This document shows, piece after piece, positions 44,096 through 53,043 of a DNA stretch of 59,906 nt (the first letter of the stretch is position 1; every line of letters begins with the position of its first letter). Under the pieces are notes generated by a model. The model was given only the letters and a program-made list of their open reading frames with translations. It ran no database searches and was not told where the DNA came from. The DNA lies in the NCBI GenBank assembly GCA_017608305.1, contig JAFCGC010000003.1:1-59906 (forward strand), in the 5' to 3' direction. The position numbers and the translations under genes are program-made. Source of the DNA: Candidatus Pacearchaeota archaeon (GTDB taxonomy: Archaea > Nanobdellota > Nanobdellia > Pacearchaeales > GW2011-AR1).

Positions 44096-44549
44096 TTTTT
44101 ATTTCCTCCTTTTTTTCTTCTACTTTTGGTTTATATTTTTCATTTGCAGAATTGTAATATTTCTTGAATTCTCTTCCAGAAGAAAAAAGAGTGGTTCCCT
44201 TTGTAATTTTTCCTTCTAAATTTCCTTTAGACTCATCATAATTTTCTGATTTTGTAACGCTATAGCTCTTCTTATACCAAAGTCCTTGTTTTTCAGCATA
44301 TTCATTTAAAAAAACATAATCTCCTCCAGAAATAATCCCTCTTACATCTACAGGAAGAACCATATAAGACCCAAAAGAATAAAAAACAGTCTCTTTAAAA
44401 GATCCATCTTTATTTAAAGAGACCCCTATCTGAGGAATAATTCCCTCATACCTTGAAATTCTTTTCTTATCAGAATCTTCTATAAGCCCCATATTTTCTT
44501 GGAGATTCTTCCCTGCTCTTTCGCTTTTGTTTGTTTTATTATTTGTCAT
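44085..44549 (-). CDS. hypothetical protein (paralogue family)
   Basis: 154-aa ORF, the intact copy of the family. Confidence 0.5.
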   Translation of the reverse strand: MTNNKTNKSERAGKNLQENMGLIEDSDKKRISRYEGIIPQIGVSLNKDGSFKETVFYSFGSYMVLPVDVRGIISGGDYVFLNEYAEKQGLWYKKSYSVTKSENYDESKGNLEGKITKGTTLFSSGREFKKYYNSANEKYKPKVEEKKEEIKNEK

Positions 44550-44640
44550 GGTATAGTAATAACATAGGATTATATTAAAGTTTCTGTTAAAAAACTAACC
44601 AAAACAAAATATTTATATAGTAATAGTTTGTTTTAAGCAT

Positions 44641-45582
44641 ATGCTAACTAAAAAAGATATTCAAATACTAAGAGAGCTAGATATTAACTCAAGACAATCA
44701 ATCTCACAAATTGCTAAAAAAACACACATAAACAAAGAAACAGTAAACTACCATATTCAAAAACTTGAAAAAGAAAACATAATCCAAGGATATTTCTCTC
44801 TTATTAATTATTTTAAACTTAAATCAAATGTTTTCAAACTTCTTCTAAGATACAAAAATATTGGAGAAAAAGGAGAATCTAAAATAGTCTCTTGGTTAAC
44901 AAAAAAATCTGAAGTAATTTGGGTTGGAAAAACAGAGGGCCAGTGGGATCTAATAATAACAATCAGAAATCAAAACATTGAAAACATCTACAAAATATTA
45001 GAAGAATTCAATTCAATCTTCTCAAAAAATATACAAAAAAAACAAATACTAATTTCATATGAATTCAACTGGCTAAGTGAAAAAAATCTTTACAACAACA
45101 AACAACAATACTACAACACACTCTTCACCCAGTTTGACAAAAAAGAAACAATAGATAAAATTGATGAGATAATAGTTAAAGAACTTGAAAAAAATTCAAG
45201 AATACCTTTAGTAAACATAGCAGAAAAAACAAAATTAACTGCTGAAGCAACTGCAAAAAGAATAAAAAATCTAGTAAAGAAAAAAATAATTCCAAGAAAC
45301 AAAGTTCGATTAAATTTTGAAAAACTAGATTTTGGTTATCATCATCTTTTTATCTCTCTCAAAGATTTTTCAAAAATAAAAGAAATAACAGATTATTATG
45401 AACAATCAGAAAAATGCACTTTTTTCATGAAATACCACGGCCACTATGATCTCCATCTAGAATTAATTAGTAACTCACAAAAAGATTTCAGAGAAATAAT
45501 AACAGAATTTAGGGCAAAATTTGGTGATTTAATCTCAGATTATTCACAACTAACAATTATTAAAGAATTTAAATTATTGTGA
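44641..45582 (+). CDS. tandem Lrp/AsnC-like transcription regulator
   Basis: Two HTH_AsnC-like units: DIQILRELDINSRQSISQIAKKTHINKETVNYHIQKLEKENII and IIVKELEKNSRIPLVNIAEKTKLTAEATAKRIKNLVKKKII. Confidence 0.65.
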   Translation: MLTKKDIQILRELDINSRQSISQIAKKTHINKETVNYHIQKLEKENIIQGYFSLINYFKLKSNVFKLLLRYKNIGEKGESKIVSWLTKKSEVIWVGKTEGQWDLIITIRNQNIENIYKILEEFNSIFSKNIQKKQILISYEFNWLSEKNLYNNKQQYYNTLFTQFDKKETIDKIDEIIVKELEKNSRIPLVNIAEKTKLTAEATAKRIKNLVKKKIIPRNKVRLNFEKLDFGYHHLFISLKDFSKIKEITDYYEQSEKCTFFMKYHGHYDLHLELISNSQKDFREIITEFRAKFGDLISDYSQLTIIKEFKLL

Positions 45583-45619
45583 AAAATGAAAAAAGATATT
45601 TAAAACTATTTTATTTTTC

Positions 45620-45946
45620 TTAAATATCCTCAAGACCAATAACAGATTTCCATTTTCGATTAATTTCAAGAATATTATTGGGATAATCATGTTTAAAATA
45701 ATTCAATAAATCTGCATTAACAAGATCTACAAAATAACTACTAGGAATTTTTGAACATGCTTTACACGAGCCATAATTTCCCAACTTATAAACATCATCA
45801 ACACTTGGTTTAAATACTCCACTTTGTTGCCAAACAAAACCCTCCCCTACATTCTCTATCTTATTTAATAAATTTGCATGAGTTTGAGTAATTTCAATAT
45901 CATTTACTCTTCTAATTTCTTTAATCAAAACTCCATTAACTACCAT
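45620..45946 (-). CDS. hypothetical protein
   Basis: 108-aa ORF. Confidence 0.4.
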   Translation of the reverse strand: MVVNGVLIKEIRRVNDIEITQTHANLLNKIENVGEGFVWQQSGVFKPSVDDVYKLGNYGSCKACSKIPSSYFVDLVNADLLNYFKHDYPNNILEINRKWKSVIGLEDI

Positions 45947-46005
45947 AAAAATAATCCCTTTTACTCATTTAAATAAATTATTGTATAAAAAAACCTATGA
46001 TTAAT

Positions 46006-46426
46006 TCACCATTTTCCAATTTTCTTTGCATAAGCTTTTATCTGTTTTGAAGAAAGATATCCCCTATCTTTTCTCCTATAGAATATTGCATATTTATCAG
46101 CCTCAGTTTCAAACCAAGCTTTTCCCTTTTTAGTAAATAACCATTTAAATGCAAATTTAAGTTTCTCAATAAAATTCATATTCAAAATTAATTCATAATG
46201 AGCTAATTCATGTGCCAACAAACCTCTCAAATGATCTTCTGAATAATTTTTTGCCTTGGGAAAAGCCAAAATAAGTAATTGAAGCACTTGGCCAACTAAT
46301 TTGGATAGGGGATTTTGTAACCCAAATAAATTTTGGGTTTAACTTCGGGTAGCTCTTCTTAACCAATTCATCTACAATTTTCTTATAATTCTTAAGATAC
46401 TTACCCATTAAACTAAAAACACTCAA
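46006..46426 (-). pseudogene. HExxH metallopeptidase-like gene split into two overlapping frames
   Basis: ORFs 46208..46426 and 46006..46287 overlap by 80 nt in adjacent frames. The second carries AHELAHYE. Short T/A runs lie in the overlap. Confidence 0.5.
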
Positions 46427-46476
46427 ATAACTATATAAAATTAATTAAATAAAAATAAAAAAAATAAATTTTAAAT

Positions 46477-46680
46477 CTATCTCTTCTTCTTTTTCTTCTT
46501 AACTACTTTTTTCTTTTTAGCTGGTTTTTTCTTTACTACTTTCTTTTTCTTTGCAACCTTTTTCTTCTTCTTTTTTCCCCCACGAGACATTTTTGCCTCA
46601 CAAACATTTCCTTTTCCATCTACATAATAAAGATATCCAGGTTTTCTTTTAATAACATTCTTTTTAATAACTTTTCCCAT
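46477..46680 (-). CDS. small Lys-rich basic protein
   Basis: MGKVIKKNVIKRKPGYLYYVDGKGNVCEAKM followed by a poly-Lys tail. Start at the internal Met. Confidence 0.5.
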   Translation of the reverse strand: MGKVIKKNVIKRKPGYLYYVDGKGNVCEAKMSRGGKKKKKKVAKKKKVVKKKPAKKKKVVKKKKKKR

Positions 46681-46762
46681 TTTATCTACCTCCTTTTTGT
46701 ATTGTGTCGAGCACAACATTAATCTTATACACATTGCAATACAAAACTCTTTTTAAACTTTT

Positions 46763-47101
46763 CTAATCACCGTCGAGAAGTTCAATCACCTTTCTATATT
46801 TTCCATTGATAGGAATCTCCACAAGTTTTACAAATCTCTGTTTAGGCCTAATTAAAGACTTAAACCTCTCAACCCTTTTAATTTCAATAATTTTATTTTT
46901 ATCGTCGAGCCAAAGAGCATAAAAAGGAAAAAACACAAAAAAAGAGTGAATAGGTTCTCTAACTAATTTCCCAAAATCAAACAAAAGAGCACTAGCCTTA
47001 CTTCTTTTCTTAAACATTAAACCAATTCCTCTTCTTAAAAAGTCGAGTTTCTCTACATCAATTTTAAATCTCTTATTTTTATATCTTAAACCAATTTGCA
47101 T
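46763..47101 (-). CDS. DUF192-like protein
   Basis: Pattern GLMF...PIHSFFVFFPFYALWLDDKNKIIEI resembles DUF192 (COG1430). Confidence 0.5.
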   Translation of the reverse strand: MQIGLRYKNKRFKIDVEKLDFLRRGIGLMFKKRSKASALLFDFGKLVREPIHSFFVFFPFYALWLDDKNKIIEIKRVERFKSLIRPKQRFVKLVEIPINGKYRKVIELLDGD

Positions 47102-47477
47102 TTTTCAAGGCCTCTTTTTTTGCTTTGTAAGTCTGATAATGAAGATTAACATTTTTATCTGTGACATGATCATGATGTTTAAATCCCCCTCCAAAGGTTT
47201 TAGGAATATGCATAAGTTCGTGGATTATAACTTTAAGTTGTTCTTCTCTACTAAGTTTATCAAATCTTTCTGATAAAAATTCAAGAGCATAAAAAGCCTT
47301 AACCCCCATTGCTTTTTGCATGACTTTACCAAGAGCATGACATCTTGCAATTGTTCTTTTAGTAGAAGTCCCATAACTCCTGATACACTTAACAAAACCA
47401 ATTTTAATATGGGGAAATAATAACCGAGATATTTCTTCTGCAATTTCCTGTAATTCAAAATCATATTCATATTTCAT
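47079..47477 (-). CDS. predicted metallopeptidase (COG4900-like)
   Basis: IIHELMHIPKTFGGGFKHH motif. Confidence 0.6.
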   Translation of the reverse strand: MKYEYDFELQEIAEEISRLLFPHIKIGFVKCIRSYGTSTKRTIARCHALGKVMQKAMGVKAFYALEFLSERFDKLSREEQLKVIIHELMHIPKTFGGGFKHHDHVTDKNVNLHYQTYKAKKEALKNANWFKI

Positions 47478-47839
47478 TTTAAATTAAACTCCCAAAAACC
47501 TAATTGCCCTTTAGCAGAAATTGATTTAATTCTTTTAACATCCCTTAATGCAAATCCATAAGTCCCAAAAATACTATTAGCTAAATGTAACACTCTATCT
47601 TTTTTATGTTCCTCATCATCTTTATATCTTTTAACATCAACTAACCTAGCTTTCCCTACAATAAACCCGCAAGGAAGATCAGTAAATCCAAACTTTTCCA
47701 TAGCCATAGAGTCAGGTATTTTCGAAGCATGAATCAAAAACTCCCCTCTAAATTTAGTATTCCACTTTCTTAACTCTATCTTTTTCTTACCCTGCAATAT
47801 CAACTCTGCAAAAGGTTGCTTAATAGATAAGGTTTTCAT
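47474..47839 (-). CDS. ASCH-domain protein
   Basis: LSIKQPFAELILQGKKKIELRKW is typical of the ASCH/PUA-like fold. Confidence 0.7.
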   Translation of the reverse strand: MKTLSIKQPFAELILQGKKKIELRKWNTKFRGEFLIHASKIPDSMAMEKFGFTDLPCGFIVGKARLVDVKRYKDDEEHKKDRVLHLANSIFGTYGFALRDVKRIKSISAKGQLGFWEFNLK

Positions 47840-47896
47840 AACAACAAAAAACAAAATAAGATTTATATAGATTCTCTTCTACTCTTAAGTTAATAA

Positions 47897-49318
47897 TTAA
47901 GATGAATCTCTTGGATCATCCCCAAACTTAGAAGAAACATCTAAATCTCCCTCAATTAAATCAAAACTAAACTCATGTCCAAGATTTACATTAAAATTAT
48001 CTAAATAAGGAGAATAAGTTTGAACAAAAACTTTATTTAAAAAAGGATTAAATCTCATTATTCTTAAATAACCAGTAGGTCCATTAATACAAGCTCCATT
48101 AACAAGACATTGATAATTAGAAAGAATTTGAACAATTTTATTCCCCTTATCTCCATTACTTTCTAAATAACCTGTGCCATCATTAAGAATATGACCATTT
48201 AAAACTAAAAAAATATTTTTATGCTTCCTAACAAGTTTATCCCATATTTCATCCCCATTATTTCCTTCAATTCCATATTCAGTACAATCCCATCTATCAG
48301 AAGCATCAACCCAAGTATCATCAGAATATAAATAAGAATGAGTGGAAATAATAACTCTCTTATCTAAATTTTCCAAAATAATTTGATTTGCCCAATTTAA
48401 AATTTCGTTTCGTGGACAAAATTCTAAGTGAAAGATAAGAAATTCAAAATCCCCTGATGCAAAATATTGATAAGTATTTTGAGTTGTGTTGTCAAAATTT
48501 CCCCCCCACCAAGAATAATTGTTATAATCTGCTAAAGGAAAATAATTATCCCAAAAAATAGCAGATCTTGTTTTAGCTTTATCATCATAATCATGATTTC
48601 CAATTATCAAACCATAAGGAATAATTCCATTTAATAATGATAAACTTTCTTTAGAAGATATCCATTGAGATTCATCACTATCCCCCCCATCAACAACATC
48701 CCCTAAATGAGTTACAAAAACAACATTAAGCTTATCTTTTACGTCCTTAATCCAATTTGTTTGCTTTAAAAAAATTTCAGGATAGTTTTTAGCATAATCT
48801 TGGGTATCTGGAAGAACAATTAATGTAAAATCAGACGAATCAAGTAATTCTAAATTAAATTCCTTAGAATTGTAGTTATCTAAATCATCATAACAATATC
48901 CAATAACAAGATGATCTCCAAGAACATAATTCCTGCTATCAAAAGTAAAAGAATCAACATCTGATACAGAAACCCCATCAACAACCCAATTATATGAAAT
49001 AGGTTCTACTCCTGAACAAGAAAGAGAAAATTCAAAAGATTGCCCTTTTTGCAACCAATTATTAAAGTAAAGTGGATTAAAATCCACAATCATCAATATT
49101 TCTTTATTGCACTCAAGATCTAAAGGATGTGTAGCTTTTGGTTTAGATATTTTAATATCTTTAGATAATCCATAAATTAAATTAGCATTTTTTTCAATTT
49201 CAATCCCATAAAAAATAGATGCACAAACAACCCCAATTAGAGAAATAATTAAGAAAATAAAAAAAAGTTTTCTTACCATAAAATAAATAAGTTTTTTCAT
49301 ATTATAAATATTTCCCAA
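47897..49318 (-). CDS. secreted/anchored calcineurin-like metallophosphoesterase
   Basis: N-terminal TM. HLGDVVDGG and GNHDYD motifs. Confidence 0.7.
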   Translation of the reverse strand: MGNIYNMKKLIYFMVRKLFFIFLIISLIGVVCASIFYGIEIEKNANLIYGLSKDIKISKPKATHPLDLECNKEILMIVDFNPLYFNNWLQKGQSFEFSLSCSGVEPISYNWVVDGVSVSDVDSFTFDSRNYVLGDHLVIGYCYDDLDNYNSKEFNLELLDSSDFTLIVLPDTQDYAKNYPEIFLKQTNWIKDVKDKLNVVFVTHLGDVVDGGDSDESQWISSKESLSLLNGIIPYGLIIGNHDYDDKAKTRSAIFWDNYFPLADYNNYSWWGGNFDNTTQNTYQYFASGDFEFLIFHLEFCPRNEILNWANQIILENLDKRVIISTHSYLYSDDTWVDASDRWDCTEYGIEGNNGDEIWDKLVRKHKNIFLVLNGHILNDGTGYLESNGDKGNKIVQILSNYQCLVNGACINGPTGYLRIMRFNPFLNKVFVQTYSPYLDNFNVNLGHEFSFDLIEGDLDVSSKFGDDPRDSS

Positions 49319-49371
49319 TAAAAATTATAAAAAACATAAGTTTATAATTTCTTACATAATCTAGACAATAT

Positions 49372-49872
49372 ATGATCAAACAAATAACAGAAAATATTTG
49401 GCAACTTTATTTTAAAGAATTTAGTTCTTGCGTATATGTAATAAAAAACCCAGAACCAATTTTAATTGATACTGGATCAAAAGAAGCAAAAAATGAACTT
49501 CTTGCAGATTTAAAAACCCTCCACATAGAACCAGAAGATGTTAAATCAATAATCCTTACCCACAACCATTATGATCACAATGAAAATATAAATTTATTTG
49601 CAAACGCCAAGATTTATTCTTTTGCAAACTTAAATGAATTAAAAAAAGATTTTCCAGATTTCAAAGTAATTGAAACACCAGGCCATTCAAGAGACAGTAT
49701 TGCAATTTTGTATGATGATGTTTTATTTTCAGGGGATACGATTTTTGACAAACAACATCATTATATTGGAAGAACAGACCTTCCGGAGTCAAATCCAAAA
49801 GACATGAAAACAAGTTTAGAAAAATTAAAAACACTCAACTACAAGCATCTTTGTGCAGGGCATCTTGTATAA
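49372..49872 (+). CDS. MBL-fold metallo-hydrolase
   Basis: THNHYDH (HxHxDH), GHSRDS. Confidence 0.8.
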   Translation: MIKQITENIWQLYFKEFSSCVYVIKNPEPILIDTGSKEAKNELLADLKTLHIEPEDVKSIILTHNHYDHNENINLFANAKIYSFANLNELKKDFPDFKVIETPGHSRDSIAILYDDVLFSGDTIFDKQHHYIGRTDLPESNPKDMKTSLEKLKTLNYKHLCAGHLV

Positions 49873-49927
49873 TTTTTATTTTCATCTTTTAGCAATCCCA
49901 AAAATTTTGTAAACAAAATAAGAAATA

Positions 49928-51160
49928 CTAACGAGTTACAATCTCAAGCGCATCTCTATGCTTCAACCCATAATTTTTACCTAAAGCTTTTTTTGTTCGA
50001 GCATCAATTGCCTTAATAAAGTTTTTTCCAAAATCAGTATGTAAATAATATGCAAAATCTAAAGCAGTAGATCCACTAGGCAATAAAAAACAATCAGGTA
50101 AAATATTTCCCTTGCTATCTCCTAATTTATTTGCTCCTGCAGGAAATATTGCAATATATTTTAATAAATCAAATACAGCTAAATTCAAAACTTCTTGAAC
50201 ACCTGTGCCTTCATAAACATCTAAAACATTTTTCTTGATTTTTTCAAGAGCCTGCTTTTGTTTCTCCTCCAAATCTTTTAAAATCTTAAAATCTTTATTC
50301 CCAGGAATATATTCTATTAATTCAGACTTGGCTGCTTGTCTCAAAGCTAATTCAGAATCAGCACTGCAAGCATAAATCAAATAATTAGGATATTTATTTT
50401 CTATTTTTTTAATATTTTTTTCAGCATCTGGACGATCACATTTATTAGCTGCAATTATCATTGGTTTACTAAGTTTTCTTAATTCAGAAGCAAATAACAT
50501 AATTTCATCTTCACTCCATGTACTTGGTTTTTCAGGTAAATCTGAATTTCTAATAACCTCTTTAACATGTTCTTCATTAACTTTTAATCCTGAAAACTGC
50601 TTAGCAACAGCTTGTGAAAATTTGGTTTTTTCCATTTCAGCCTTTCTAGCAAACCCCTTCCAAACCTTAATTAAAATTCCATAATACCATTTATTTAATT
50701 CATCTTCTAAAAAATCTATATCTTTACAAACATCATAACCAGATGTTTGCTTTCGTTCGATTCCAGATTCATTAGCGGACGAATGAAAATCTATGATTTG
50801 CTTACCTTCAACATCTGTTTCGCCAGAAGCATCCACAATATGAATAAAAACATCTGCATTTCTTAAATCATCTAAAAACTGATTACCTAATCCTTTTCCT
50901 TCACTTGCACCAGGAACCAAACCAGCAACATCCATTAATTCAACAGGCACAAATCTATGAGAATCAATACAAAAACCATGATTTGGATTACACTTTACAT
51001 TAAATTCTTTATCAACACATTCAACTTTAACATAACCCACTCCATGATTAGGTTTTATAGTAACAAAAGGCCTATCCCCTATCTCAATTTCTGCTAGAGT
51101 CGCTGCTTTAAAAAAAGTAGATTTTCCTACATTTGGTTTTCCTATAAGGCCGATTAACAT
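49928..51160 (-). CDS. Obg-family (YchF/Drg-like) GTPase with C-terminal TGS domain
   Basis: G1 GKPNVGKS, G3 DVAGLV, G4 NKCD. Start set at MLIGLIGK, because the longer ORF-track start runs into tRNA sequence. Confidence 0.8.
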   Translation of the reverse strand: MLIGLIGKPNVGKSTFFKAATLAEIEIGDRPFVTIKPNHGVGYVKVECVDKEFNVKCNPNHGFCIDSHRFVPVELMDVAGLVPGASEGKGLGNQFLDDLRNADVFIHIVDASGETDVEGKQIIDFHSSANESGIERKQTSGYDVCKDIDFLEDELNKWYYGILIKVWKGFARKAEMEKTKFSQAVAKQFSGLKVNEEHVKEVIRNSDLPEKPSTWSEDEIMLFASELRKLSKPMIIAANKCDRPDAEKNIKKIENKYPNYLIYACSADSELALRQAAKSELIEYIPGNKDFKILKDLEEKQKQALEKIKKNVLDVYEGTGVQEVLNLAVFDLLKYIAIFPAGANKLGDSKGNILPDCFLLPSGSTALDFAYYLHTDFGKNFIKAIDARTKKALGKNYGLKHRDALEIVTR

Positions 51161-51213
51161 GAAACAATCTATAGAAAAACCTTTAAATATGTTGTTAAGT
51201 ATTTTTGTGTAGT

Positions 51214-51236
51214 GAGCCTGTAGCTCAGTCTGGTCA
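51214..51236 (+). repeat. 23-nt exact duplicate of the 5' end of tRNA-Ile
   Basis: GAGCCTGTAGCTCAGTCTGGTCA occurs at 51214-51236 and again at 51269-51291. Confidence 0.9.
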
Positions 51237-51268
51237 AAAGCTAAAGCTAGACCACCCTGAAGGTTCAT

Positions 51269-51389
51269 GAGCCTGTAGCTCAGTCTGGTCAGAGCACTGC
51301 TCTTATATGAGTGTGGTTTGTTAAAATCACTTTCTCTTGGAGATCTCTAAGAGAGGCAGGGGTCCACGGTTCAACTCCGTGCAGGCTCA
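51269..51389 (+). tRNA. tRNA-Ile(UAU) with a 46-nt intron at 37/38
   Basis: Hand-folded. Acceptor GAGCCTG/CAGGCTC, D arm GCTC/GAGC, anticodon stem CTGCT/GGCAG, loop C-T-TAT-A, T arm CACGG-TTCAACT-CCGTG, discriminator A. Mature length 75 nt. Confidence 0.8.
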
Positions 51390-51425
51390 TAAAACATTTA
51401 AAAATACCATTAACCTAAATATAAC

Positions 51426-51785
51426 ATGCCAAAGAAAAAAAAGGTGAGTAAAAAAAGAACTACAAAAAAATCAAAAAAAGATGATGACAGAAAGCTCTTT
51501 GCATTTTTAGCAACATTCCTAAGCATTTTAGGATTTATTATTGCTCTTCTTGCAAAAAAAGACGACAAATATGTAATGTTCTATGCAAAGCAATCTCTAG
51601 TAGTTTTTATTGCATATGTTGTGGCATTAATAATAGCAATGATTCCAGGAATAGGACTTATTCTAGGCCCAATAGCCTATTTATTAAGTTTTATACTTTG
51701 GTTAATTAGCTGGATATATGCATTGAGTGGAAACATGAAAACAGTTCCAGTTATAGGTGATTATGCAAAAAACATAAACTTGTAA
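51426..51785 (+). CDS. small multi-pass membrane protein (DUF4870-like)
   Basis: Basic N-terminus and three hydrophobic segments. The YAKQSL motif is as in DUF4870/Tic20-like proteins. Confidence 0.5.
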   Translation: MPKKKKVSKKRTTKKSKKDDDRKLFAFLATFLSILGFIIALLAKKDDKYVMFYAKQSLVVFIAYVVALIIAMIPGIGLILGPIAYLLSFILWLISWIYALSGNMKTVPVIGDYAKNINL

Positions 51786-51931
51786 CTCTTTAGTTAGCTT
51801 TTTAAACTAATTTTTTCTTTTTTAATTAGTAGATGCCCTAAGCCGACCACACATGGACGGTTTAGTGGAAAGGTTTTGATTTATCAAAATCTTTGTTCAA
51901 TCTTTGATTGAACCTTTTGTCACAGACAAAA

Positions 51932-52056
51932 GCCCCGATAGTTCAGAGGCCAAGAATTCTGCCCTTTCAAGGTAAGATTCTCTGAATCTTCCATTTCTCC
52001 TCTCCTCTGAGGATTGAAGAAAGGCAGTGACCCGGGTTCGAATCCCGGTCGGGGCG
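51932..52056 (+). tRNA. tRNA-Glu(UUC) with an about 52-nt intron at 37/38
   Basis: Hand-folded. Acceptor GCCCCGA/TCGGGGC, D arm GTTC/GAAT, anticodon stem CTGCC/GGCAG, loop C-T-TTC-A, T arm CCGGG-TTCGAAT-CCCGG. Confidence 0.85.
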
Positions 52057-52287
52057 TTTTCTAAATTTAAATATTAGTTTAGTGCTTAAATTTATTTAAC
52101 AGAATTATTTTTCTAAAACATATGATTTGTCCCCAAATTATATAAATACAGAGAAAAATATATAAAGAGGAGACGTTTTGTAATGTTGATTTTTGTTATT
52201 TTGTAATAAAGACACAACTTTTATAAGGGGTTGATAAATCTCAAAGGGAACTTTATAATAAAAAATCAAAATTTAACACATTTAAAA

Positions 52288-53043
52288 ATGAAAAAAATAG
52301 GAATTGTTGGAGGAGTAGGACCAGAAGCATCAAATAAATTTTGTGAACTCTTAATAAAAAGAAAAAGAAAACTAAAAGACCAAGACAATATTCCATTTAT
52401 ACACTATTGTAATCCTCAAATACCAGATAGAACAGAATTTATCTTAGGGGAAGGAGAAGATCCTATTCCAGAATTAATAAGAAGTTGTTTAGAATTAGAA
52501 AAAATCAATGCAGACTTTATAGTCATACCTTGTAATACTGCTCATTGTTTTTTAGACAAAATCCAAGAAAATGTATCTATCCCAATAGTTGATATGACTA
52601 AAGTCTTAATAAAAAAAATAATAACAGAAAGACCCCTCATAAAAAGAGTTGGAGTCTTAGCAACAACAGGAAGTATAAAAAGCAGATTATTTGAAGATTA
52701 CCTTAACAGTTTAGGAATAGAAACAGTTGCTCCAGATGAAATAGAACAAGAAGCATTAGTCATGGAAGCGATTTATGGGAAAAAAGGAATAAAAACAGGG
52801 AAAAAAGCGCATCCAAAAAGATTATTATTACAAGCAGCAGAAAATCTAATTCAACAAGGCGCAGAAGCAATAATTTTAGGGTGTACAGAAATTCCTTTGG
52901 TTCTCAAACAAAAAGATTTTGCAATAAAATTATATGATCCAATGGACATTCTTGCAAAAGAAATTGTCCAATATGTAGAATCTGAAGAAAAAACAGAGGT
53001 TATAACTGTAAAATATGTCATTACAAATCCTTCAAAACAATGA
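52288..53043 (+). CDS. aspartate racemase (Asp/Glu racemase family)
   Basis: GIVGGVGPEAS plus two catalytic Cys contexts, IPCNTAH and LGCTEIP. Start at MKKIGIVGG. Confidence 0.8.
   Translation: MKKIGIVGGVGPEASNKFCELLIKRKRKLKDQDNIPFIHYCNPQIPDRTEFILGEGEDPIPELIRSCLELEKINADFIVIPCNTAHCFLDKIQENVSIPIVDMTKVLIKKIITERPLIKRVGVLATTGSIKSRLFEDYLNSLGIETVAPDEIEQEALVMEAIYGKKGIKTGKKAHPKRLLLQAAENLIQQGAEAIILGCTEIPLVLKQKDFAIKLYDPMDILAKEIVQYVESEEKTEVITVKYVITNPSKQ

Noticed and set aside
47225-47470. 81-aa alternate-frame ORF inside the COG4900 metallopeptidase gene.
   Set aside because: It is on the same strand in a different frame. The 132-aa frame carries the HELMH motif.
51161-51268. The N-terminal 36 codons of ORF 49928..51268 (MNLQGGLALAFDQTELQ...).
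   Set aside because: This part is the reverse complement of the duplicated tRNA-Ile 5' fragment and spacer. The conserved GTPase begins at MLIGLIGKPNVGKS (51160).
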